From NCBI RefSeq assembly GCF_009914755.1, contig NC_060930.1: a stretch of DNA of 64,000 nt. One strand, written 5' to 3'. The notes beneath the pieces were generated by a model. The model saw nothing but the letters and a program-made list of their open reading frames with translations. It made no database searches and was not told the DNA's origin. Made by a program: the position numbers and the translations under genes. The stretch comes from the human T2T-CHM13v2.0 reference genome, Homo sapiens. Shown here one piece after another: positions 53,991 through 64,000 of the stretch (positions are counted from its first letter, which is position 1; every line of letters begins with the position of its first letter).

Positions 53991-56299
53991 TTTGCTATGT
54001 AGATTTTTGTCTATTAGTCTTAATGCATTCAACTTTGTAACTTTGTCTCTTTTACTGCTATTTCAAAGTATTTATTCATTTCCTTATTATTTAAACATGA
54101 TAATTTCTTGTATATTTTTTAAATTCCTGATTGTATGTCTTTTGTGAATTTATTAAGTTGAATTTAAGTAATTAAATAATTTTTACTTTTTCTCATTTAA
54201 TAATGAAAACATTTTGAGTTGTGGGAAATATGACATATAATACTTTTTAATTATACATAGTTTTGATTTCCTATTGACCCTAGGATTTCATATGAATATT
54301 AAAAAAAAAAACCTGTCATTTTGGGTTTTGTTTTGTTGTTGCTATTGTTTCTGTTATTGTTATTTTGCTATTTTATTGTACTTGGGACAAAGATTATTGT
54401 TGGCATTGTGTTTGCTTTCTGTGTGTTTTGTAGGTTTCTTTGTGCCTTATTCTGAGATTAGTCTTTATAAATATTCCAAAAGCTGCTTTACAAGAAGGTG
54501 ATCTCTTAGAACATAAGGCTTAATAAAAAGAAATTGTCAAATCAAACTTATTAACTCTTCAGGTAATTATACATTTTTTCTTTTTTAAGAAATGTCTATT
54601 TCCCTTATGACTTTTTCACTGCCCAGACATCTCATTTTTAATCTCAACTCATATTTTTATCATTTCATCATTCATATCTTGTTTCATGGGGTCTATATCT
54701 TATTGAATTTTAGCAGTCTATAATTAATATTTTTGGAAAATTATTTGGTGTATTATATCCTCATTCAGTGCTTGTTGAGCACTCTGTCTTCCTCTGCCCC
54801 GTGTATGTGTTTCCCCCTCTTCTGTTTGCATGCCAATACTTCTACAGGAAGTGTTCTGCAGTACATTGTTCAGACTCTCCTTGAATTCTTACACGTTTCA
54901 CCTGGGTTACATTAGAATCACCTTATCAGATTCCAAGTTAGAAGGCTGATGTGTATTATCAATTCAATATTCTACATTCTGAAAGAAAAGAGACAGGACA
55001 ATAGCCATTTCTGGCAAGCCTGAGTCCTTACTGTGATTTATTTTATTTTCTAGTTATAGAATTCTTTCCATTTTACTACAGAGATCTTGTTAGCCTAGTC
55101 TGTATTAGTGCCTCAGGCAAGAATTATGTAGCTTTAAATATAGCATCACACTGAGCCTTTTAATAGCAAATTCTTCCTGTGGTGAATGAATATCCAATCC
55201 TATGAGAGCCTAATCTTACTTATGGTGACCTGGCTTGAGGGTCCCATGGATGTTAGACTCTCCCTAAATCTATTGTATATATTTTTACACATTTGAACTT
55301 CAGTTGTGGGCAGAGATTTAGTTTTTCTCATGGAAAACCTACCCCCTTACCAGGCTATTGCCTACACATCTGTATATCTATTATAAATATTTATAAATAC
55401 TCCAAAATAATTAGCAAATTAGTCACTTTTTCAGGTGACTTCAGTAATTGACTTACTGATGGATATCAAACCCAAGATTGGATGATTAAATCTTTTTCTA
55501 AGATTCTTGGAATTTGAGTTGGCTGCAACTATAAGAATATAAGACAAAATTCTCAGAACTGGAATTCTGTTCATGTAGAGAAACCCCTCTAGTATGATCA
55601 CAGGTGGGCATGGGTGCTCTGGCAAGTAGGCTACTCTCTAATGCTTATTCATCCCTCTTTCCACGTGTATATTTCAATCAGGTAAATTCTATGATTACCT
55701 AGAGTCAGCTGGATTCTCCCACAACAAATATGCTAACATTCAAGCATTTGTAATTATACAATTTAATGGAATATTATGCATATTACAGAAATTAATGTAT
55801 GATTAGGTGACATAAGAGAGAGTAATCAGTCATTGTTTTATATTTTCTGTAAATTAGTAACAATTCTCCCTAATTATTCCAATTTAGCCATGTTTTAAGT
55901 TATAGCCTGCCTATCTGGGCTGGATTTATGTTTGCCTATTCTTGTGTGCACTGTACCATGTGGTGAACTTTAGCCCTACTCATTAGGTTATTTGCATTAA
56001 TGAATCCATCTTAACACATAAGCTAATCTGAATTAGGTTCTTGTAACATGAAAATAGAACTACATGACAAATATACATAGTGAGGTAACCTCATGACACA
56101 GAGAGTGATATGAGTGTGTGAACATTATGCAGTTACATCATTCTAAATGTACAATAGACTAACCCAGTATTTTTTGAAGGATTTTGCAAATACTGAAGAA
56201 ACTCCTGATCTGCACTTGATAGGGTTTTCTGGGTCTCCAGAGAGCTCCATTCCCTCTGTACCACGTGAGCTGACTGATGCTTATAGAGTACTGGGTACT

Positions 56300-56830
56300 C
56301 GTGGCTAGTAAGCAACTCTAATGCCTACCCCCCATATGTATGCATCTACTAGATATTAATCTACTTTATATTTTTCACAAACATGCCAATATTCTTATAT
56401 TAATAATTATGAAATCCAATTGAATATGAATAAAATTACAGAAATATCAATGTGAAAATATTTGTTATTTTGATGAAAACTAAACTGACTGCTTTGTAAA
56501 AGTTTGCTAAAGGTAAGTGGAATTCTATGGGATTAGATCTACTGCGAACAATGAAAAATAATTTTGCCAAATTTTAGAAGATTTTGCATTCACATATAAC
56601 TAAGATTTTTTTTGACAAGATTTGATTATGCGAAAAAGATGACTGGAACCATAATCAGCAGACTCATACTCAAAGAGGACTTGCCCTAATGTCAAAATAT
56701 TACTGAAAGAATGTAGATTAACATTTTCTAAGTTAACTGTCATTTTCATGATAATTCATTCCAAATAATTTTTTAACTTGATTGAATAATTCTTGCCAAA
56801 TCCTATTTTTGCTAAATTTTCTAAAAAAAA
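56300..56830 (+). mobile_element. Tigger13-like TcMar-Tigger remnant with decayed transposase N-terminus
   Basis: 56464-56517 translates VILMKTKLTAL*KFAKGK (psq-HTH-like); 56645-56677 translates GTIISRLILKE (cf. Tigger/CENP-B G.PISGPILKEKA). Boundaries approximate. Confidence 0.7.
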
Positions 56831-57084
56831 AATCATTAACCTTAGGAGAATTCCATTCAATTACTTGAGTTTTTTCCTCGCTTTTTTTTATTGTTTATTC
56901 CCTATTGTAACTCTCTTGGCTCTTTAATTTTCAAAGCCCAGAAATGGGCAAGTTATTCCAATGTTAAACATCACTAAATACCAAGAAACCCTACTTTTTT
57001 CTGTTTAAATTAATGCTATTAATTAGAAGATTTCTTAGGATAGACAGTGGAGAGCCGACTTTTTTGAAGAGGCAGGGTGAAGCA

Positions 57085-57300
57085 GATCAGAGAATGTGCT
57101 GGGAATAACGTAATCTGCATTCAAATCCTGATCCTGCCATTTTCTTGAGTGACTTTGTCAATTTATGATAGTTCTCTGTGCCTCATTTTCCCTTTTGGGT
57201 AAAATAAGAAAAGCCATATTGCCTACTTCATATGGCTGTTCTGAATATTAAATGAGTAAACACAGTTAAAGCCATTTAGAATACTGTCTCATTTTTATTA
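57085..57300 (+). mobile_element. MIR SINE
   Basis: TTCAAATCCTGATCCTGCCA...TCTCTGTGCCTCATTTTCC...CCTACTTCATATGGCTGTT...ATTAAATGAG. Confidence 0.8.
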
Positions 57301-58499
57301 GCCAACTGTAATCTTTAAATGTCTTCAGATTCTTCGAGTTCTCAGATTTTGAGAACTAAACCTAAAACTTACAGTACCCCAAATATTTCTTCTTTCATAT
57401 ATATAATTAAAATACCCATGTTTTTCATAATATTTTGTTATTAATTTCTTTGAAGGACATAAATGGGTATATGTGTGTCTCTGTGTGTGTTAAATATAGG
57501 AGAAAATTAATTAGAAATGAGTACTTTTATATAAAGAAAGCTGCCTGGTAGGCTGAAACAGTATCTTCAGGGGAAAAAAAATAAGCTCAAGGCCTGGATT
57601 ATCAAATGTAGCAGTTCAGTGGTTCAATTCATACCTGACAGGCTTCAAAGACTATGCAAATTGATCTCCCAGCTGCAAGGGTAATTAACATGGGTTTGTT
57701 GCAAGGATCTGTTCTTCTATCCATTCTTCTTCATGATTATTTTAGTAGCTTAACAATAGTCTGTAACTACTTAATCTAGTGTTAGAGCAGATATAAAATT
57801 ACCTTACTCTTGCGTGTAAAATAAGACTTCTACTCTTCAAAATGCCCTCTGCTTACTTGATATGCTAAGGTTGGCATACCAGGTGGAGACGCAGGATAAC
57901 TAGATGCAGGTAAAATAGCCCTTTTTCATTCAGATACTTACTTGAACTGCTCCCTCTTGATCTTCTAAGTGTTGCATACTTATTAGTGGATTTACTATTA
58001 ATATTTTTTTGGTTCATTAGCAATGAAGCATGTGTGCGTATCTATGTGTGCCTGTGTGTGGTGATGGGTTTTGAGGGGAGAGCACTCCATCTATCATCTA
58101 AGCCATCAAGCATAACTGTACTTTCTTCTAGCCAGAGAAAGCCACATAAGCTGTTAATAATGTTATAAATGATTAAATAATTAAGAATCACATTCAGTGT
58201 TACTCATAGACTCATCACAGTTCTTGATGAGCTTACAGGAGCTGATACAAAGTGCGCATTCACACAATGCTGCCCATTCAGCACTTGAATATGGGCATCT
58301 CTACAAAACGAATTTGTAGTAGCTCAGTAATTCAACAACAAAAAAATAGCACTTCTGAGTATGGCTTATGGACATAATTATGTAGTTAAAATGTAATAAA
58401 ATTAGAAATTATAGAGAGCTGACTTTAATACTGTGTCTAGTTAGAAATGGAACAAATCATTTAAAAGTTGGTGGCTTACCACAACAATCCTATATTTAC

Positions 58500-60700
58500 C
58501 CGTAGGTATCACTGATAAAGAGTATTCCATTGTTTGAATATCCCAGGGTTTATTTTTCCTTTTAACTCTTACTGGCAATTTATGTTAACTTCTGTTATTT
58601 TTCCTTGTTTCAAATAATGCTTTTTTGTCTCCTTGTGCATATGTGTGAGATTTTCTCTAGGATTAAACTGCTAGGTTGATGGATGCGTTTTTTCAACTTT
58701 ACTAGATATTGTCAAATTGCTCGCTAACTGGCTAAACATATGTACACACTATGGATTTAATTGTGATCCTGCAAAATTGACACGTTGAAGCTCATGATGG
58801 GATTAGTGCCCTTGTAAAAAGATAAACTAGAGCTCTCTCCACACTATGTGAGGACACAGCAAAAAGGTAGCCTTCTGAAAGTCATGAAGAATGTCTTCAT
58901 AGGACCTAAATCAGCTGGCACCTTGATCTTAGACTTCTTAGCCTCCAGAACTATGCAAAATAAACATCCATTATTTAAGCTACCCAGGCTATGGTATTTT
59001 TGTCATGGCAGCTCAAACTAATACAGTACACCACTACCAACTGTGTAAATTTTTGTATGTACTCACCATCCACCATCTCTTGGTATTGTCTGATGTTTAA
59101 AATGTTGTCATTATGATTGCATATGTAATATCTTGCTATGTCAATTTGTCTTTTCATGATTATCAAGATGGTTGAGCATCTGTTCAACATTAATTGGTTT
59201 TGTAGGTTTCATCTTTGGTGAATTGCTCTATGTATCAACTGCCCTATCTTCAATCATTTTCTTTTATATTTGCTTGTATTAATTTCTATATTGCATACCA
59301 ATCTATTTTGGTCTGTAGATTGTGTTTTCATGTTTTAGTGCCTTTTGATGTATAGCAATTTTTATTTTTATTGTAGACAAATTTGTCCATCTTTTTCTTT
59401 ATGATTTTTGTTTTGGGGGAGTTGATTAAAAATTCTAACATATCACAATGTTATAAATATATTTTCTTTAATATCCTCCAAAAGTTTTAAAGTTGTACTT
59501 TAAAAAATTTGTTTTACCTCAATTGATTTTTGTACATGATATGAAATGTGACTTTTATTTTTTCATTATGAATAACCGTTTGTCCCAGAATCATTTATTG
59601 AATAATTAATCTAAATTTTCAAATCCTGTCATATGTGATTCACTTTCAGAGTACTCCGTTTTGTAATATTGTTCTCTTTATTTATTTCTTTACTAACTTT
59701 GCAATCTTGGTTCAAATAAGTGTTGAAATCATCTCATGGGTTATCAGAAAAATTTAAATTATATACATAATTTTAAACATTAACTTGTCAATTACTAATC
59801 AAAATCTTACTTAGAATTTAGTAAAAATTACAATGAATGGATAGATTTAGGAAAAGCTGACTTTTTACTTTTTTCTTTTTTTTTTTAAACTTGATCTTCT
59901 TACCCATGAGTATAGTTTACTTTTCAGCTTATAGATTTTTGTCTTTCAATAAAACTTTTTACTTTTTCTCTATATTTCAACTAAATGTCTTCAATATGCC
60001 CTATTTTTGTGCTATTGCAAATGATATCCTTTATGACACTTATTGCTTTGGAATAGAAATTATAAATTGATCTTCTATTCACCAGTGTTATTCAACTAGT
60101 ATTAATTCTTGTTGTTTTTCTGTTGCCATCCTCAAGTAATGGCAGTTTATTACTTTTTCCCTAATTTCTTATTAATACAATCTTGTACCAGCAAGAGTCT
60201 CATAGCCAATGCTGGATTATGTAGTGATGATGTCTGTTTTGATCCTGATTTTAAAAGCAATGTTTCTGAGAACTCTTCTTTACATGTATTTTAGCCATTG
60301 ATTTTGGATAGTCTTTATCAGATTCACTTTTGTTTCTGTATCTCATTTTCTAAGACTAATTATGAATAGGTTTTGATTTTTAAAACAAATAAATTGAAAA
60401 TATCTATTGAGATATTTTTCTGCTTTAATCTGCTAATGTGGTCAATTGTGTCGATATTCTTATCTCTAAAACATTTTGTATTCATTGGACAAATCTTAGT
60501 CATGATGTATTTTTAAAATAAATCAATAGATACTTTTGCCAAAACTGGTTTAAAATTTTTGATTCCATGTTCATGCATAAAATCATTTGGTGATTATTCC
60601 CCATTTTTCTTTTCTCTGAGAGAGTTTGTATAAAGATAGAATTATATGTTTTCCAAAATTTTAGTAGAACATCTCCAGTATCTCCCCTTCTCGCAGAACT
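58500..60700 (-). mobile_element. Ancient L1M (ME/MD-type) segment interrupted by an MLT1A LTR
   Basis: AGTATTCCATTGTTTGAATAT, GATGGTTGAGCATCT, TGTCCCAGAATCATTTATTGAATAAT, TTTGATCCTGATTTTAAAAG: reverse L1 3'UTR/ORF2 text. Confidence 0.78.
58747..59025 (+). mobile_element. MaLR solo LTR (MLT1A-like), internally deleted
   Basis: CTCATGATGGGATTAGTGCCCTT, GCTGGCACCTTGATCTTAGACTTC, GCCTCCAGAACT; 5-bp TSD GTACA at 58742-58746 and 59026-59030. Confidence 0.88.
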
Positions 60701-60882
60701 CTTAACCCTATTTTTTAAATCCTATGTCTTACTAAGAGAGTATAGATGTGTGCTTCTGGAACTAACATTTCCCTTGAAGGATATTTCCACTGTTTTATTA
60801 ATCCTTTGTTTCTTCTATTATATACATCTTTTTTTCAAAACCACATATATTATCATTTCTGATAGTCTGTTATTATCTCCAC

Positions 60883-61265
60883 TACCTTATTTTGCTTACC
60901 TTGCTGTAACAGAATACATGAGACTGTGTATTTATAAAAGAAACAAGTTTATTTGGCTCATGGTTGTGGAAACTGGGCAGTCTTAAGAGTATGGCTGTAG
61001 CCTCTGGTGAGGGTTTGAATTACATCATAACATGGCAGAGGAGAAGAGAAAGCAGGCAGATGCGAAAGGGGCACCAATGAGGTAGTTAATCCAGTCCTGA
61101 GAGAATGAGAACTCACTCCCACCAGAACTAACCCAATCTCCTAAGAGTAGCATTCATTCCTTGTAACCACCTAATCACCTTTTAAAGGCCTTGTCTCCCA
61201 GCACCACCACACCAATGACCAAATTTTCAACACAAGGATTCTGGGTAATAACTCAAACCACAGCA
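60883..61265 (-). mobile_element. MaLR solo LTR (MSTC-like)
   Basis: TTGCTGTAACAGAATACATGAGACTG...TTTATTTGGCTCATGGTT...CATCATAACATGGCAGA...CAAACCACAGCA. Confidence 0.82.
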
Positions 61266-62433
61266 TTCATTCTGCCTTCCCTTTATTCTATCTTAAGATC
61301 TAATTTGTTTGGTTATTTATTTATTGGGGGGAGCAATAAAGACATTTCTTAAATATTTCCCTTCCATCAAACTCATCCTAATTTCAAGTAGTGCCAGAAT
61401 GTCTCTGGGATTGGGAGAATCAGGCCAAGAGGAAGTTGAGTTGGGTACATGTAGTTTGGGATTAATAGGATACAATTAATTAGCTTAAACAGTCAATTTC
61501 ATTTAAGTTATGTTATTGCTACACACCCTGGTGTATGACTAGCCCCCCAGTATACTGCTACCAGTGATTGTGCCCATCTACTCATCATTGTAAGTCAAAG
61601 GTGCGAGTTCACAAGTTATTCTATGAAGTGAATGTTCCCTTCAGCAACTGGCACTGGGGGCATGTTAGCAGTGAGAGAAAAGCAATATTTAAAAGCACAG
61701 AGCAAGAAATTGATCTGTTAGAAATTATTCCCATCATTAGGTAGGTAAAATTATAATTAAATGTCTTTGTTTCTCCTGAATACCTAGGAAAAAATGAAGA
61801 GTTGTTTTCCCAGAATTATAGAAGTATATCCAGTAAAGCAATTATAGATACACCATACTTTTTTACTGTTGGGAATTACACAAAATAGAGTTGACTAATC
61901 TCTGTGCTTTAGTGCACAGATCTGTAGTGAGACTAGAAAGAGTCATACATTTGCATGAGAATATGTGTGTTGAATGTACCCCAACGTATGAGATTGTATT
62001 TTAGCAAGTGACATATTTTGTCTTGTTGAAGTCTAATTGTCCCGAACAGAGTGGATTTCTAGAATGCCACCCACATAGTAAACTGGCCTAAAGATAAATG
62101 ATTTCTAGTGACCAAAATCTAATGTATACCAATTAGTGAGTCAATGTGAAAAAGGAGTAACTTGATTATACAATCTGCAGTTATTAGAATGTAGAAGCAA
62201 TTTCAAAATGCACTTAAATTGCCTGTGTATGTGTTAATTTCAGGTTAAATTTGTATGTGACTTTTTCAAAATTATTCATCATACCAAAATGCAAATGTAA
62301 TAGAAAGCCAAGAATTTACTCCAGAAAAGAAAACTTGTAACTTTAAAATATAAAATAATTCTAGTTTTTCACAATGAGTGCTAGTTATCCACAACTTTTG
62401 ATGCTGTAAGAAACTCAAACTAGGTTTCCATTC

Positions 62434-62442
62434 CAAGATGGC
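62434..62442 (+). promoter_or_regulatory. YY1 site of the L1 internal promoter
   Basis: CAAGATGGC at the canonical position near the L1 5' end. Confidence 0.75.
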
Positions 62443-63460
62443 TGAATAGGAACAGCTCCAGTCTGCAGCTCCCAGCGTGATCGATGCAGAAGACAGGTGA
62501 TTTCTGCATTTACAACTGAGGTACCTGGTTCATTTCACTGGGACTGGTTGGACAGTGGGTGCAGCCCACGGAGGGCAAGCCAAAGCAGGGCGGGGCATTG
62601 CCTCACCTGAGAAATGCAAGGGGTCAAGGGATTTCCCTTTCCTAGCCAAGGGAAGCTGTGACAGACTACCTGGAAGAATGGGACACTCACGCCCAAATAC
62701 TGCACTTTTCCCACAGTCTTAGCAACTGGCAGACCAGGAGATTTTCTCCCATGCCTGGTTCGGCAGGTCCAATGCCCACAGAGCCTTGCTCACTGCTACT
62801 GCAGAAGTCTGAGATTTACCAGCAAGGCTGCAGCCTGTCTAGGGGAGGGGCATCCACCATTGCTGAGGCTTGAGTAGGTAAACAAAGTGGCCGGGAAGCT
62901 TGAACTGGGGCAGAGCCCACTGCAGCTCAACAAGGCCTACTGCCTCTATAGACACCACCTCTGTGGGCAGGGCATACCTGAACAAAAGGCAGCAGAAACT
63001 TCTGCAGACTTAAACGTCCCTGTCTGACAGCTCTGAAGAGAGCAGTGGTTCTCCCAGCATGGCGTCTGAGCTCTGAGAACAGACAGACTGGCTCCTCAAT
63101 TGGGTCCCTGACCCCTGTGTAGCCTAACTGGGAGACACCTCCCAGTAGGGGCCGACAGACACCTCATACAGGTGGGTGCCCCTCTGGGATGAAGCTTCCA
63201 GAGGAAGGATCAGGCAGCAATATTTGCTGTTCTGCAATATTTGCTGTTCTGCAGCCACCACTGGTGATACCCATGCAAACAGGGTATGGAGTGGACCTCC
63301 AGCAAACTCCAACAGATCTGCAGCTGAGGGACCTGACTATTAGAAGGAAAACTAACAAACAGAAAGGAATAGCATCAACATCAATGAAAAGGACATCTAC
63401 ACCAAAACCCCATCTGTAGGTCACCAGCATCAAAGATCAAAGGTAGATAAAACCACAAAG

Positions 63461-64000
63461 ATGGGGAGAAACCAGAGCAGAAAAGCTGAAAATTCTAAAA
63501 ACCAGAGTGCCTCTTCTCCTCCAAAGGATCACAGCTCCTTGCCAGCAAAGGAACAAAGCTAGAGGGAGAATGACTTTGATGAGTTGACAGAAGTAGGCTT
63601 CAGAAGGTTGGTAATACCAAACTTCTCCTAGCTAAAGAAGCATGTTCTAACCCATTACAAGGAAGCTAAAAACCTTGAAAAAAGGTTAGATGAATGGCTA
63701 ACTAGAATAAACAGTGTAGAGAAGACCTTAAATGACCTGATGGAGCTGAAAACCATGGCAAGAGAACTTCATGATGCATGCACAAGCTTCAATAGCTGAT
63801 TTGATCAAGTGGAAGAAAGAGTATCAGTGATTGAATATCAAATTAATGAAATAAAGTGAGAAGACAAGTTTAGAAAAAAAAAGGGTAAAAAGAAACAAAC
63901 AAAGCCTCCAAGAAATATGGGACTATGTGAAAAGACAAAATCTACGTTTGATTGGTGTACCTGAAAGCAATGGGGAGAATGGAACCAAGTTGAAAAACAG
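63461..64000 (+). pseudogene. Inactivated L1 ORF1p
   Basis: MGRNQSRKAENSKNQSASSPPKDHSSLPAKEQS then in-frame TAG at 63560-63562 (Trp in intact ORF1); further stops downstream. Confidence 0.9.

Larger units (their letters stand above)
62423..64000 (+). mobile_element. 5'-intact primate L1 (L1PA6/L1PA7-like): 5' UTR and start of ORF1, continues beyond window
   Basis: CCAAGATGGCTGAATAGGAACAGCTCCAGTCTGCAGCTCCCAGCGTGATCGA start, ~1038-nt 5' UTR, ORF1 ATG at 63461. Confidence 0.95.

Noticed and set aside
57337-57357. 8-bp hairpin AGTTCTCA-gattt-TGAGAACT
   Set aside because: Stems this short are expected by chance in 64 kb and are too short for a pre-miRNA.
63217-63253. 17-bp tandem GCAATATTTGCTGTTCT x2
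   Set aside because: As recalled, a similar doublet is part of older L1PA 5' UTR consensus sequences, so it is not locus-specific.
63124-63433. Antisense and sense ORFs in the L1 5' UTR
   Set aside because: Generic L1 UTR frames; position does not correspond to ORF0, which lies nearer the 5' end.

Overview
AT-rich, CpG-depleted primate genomic DNA. AluY copies and an L1PA element point to a catarrhine, most likely human or great ape. The window is non-coding (intergenic or deep intronic). I find no protein-coding exon, RNA gene or CpG island, and I cannot name the locus. The supplied ORFs are Alu-, L1-, LTR- or low-complexity-derived, or chance. The sequence is a layered transposon record: 9 dimeric Alus and 2 Alu monomers (many with readable TSDs), 6 MaLR solo LTRs, hAT and Tigger fossils (MER58A, MER20, MER5, MER33, MER44A, an Arthur1/MER69-type element carrying two nested inserts, a Tigger13-like transposase remnant), MIR/L2 and old L1M debris. 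The last 1.6 kb is the 5' UTR and dead ORF1 of a 5'-intact L1PA6/7-type element running off the window. Subfamily names come from recalled consensus sequences, not a search. I see no evidence for a new multi-gene system. Most notable: (i) a 173-nt non-coding exon candidate looped out by an inverted Alu pair (38101-39441); (ii) a ~200-bp chain of palindromes and hairpins (11838-12035); (iii) two apparent template-switch scars (13592-13608, 20343-20394); (iv) several strong orphan splice-site pairs suggesting possible lncRNA exons.
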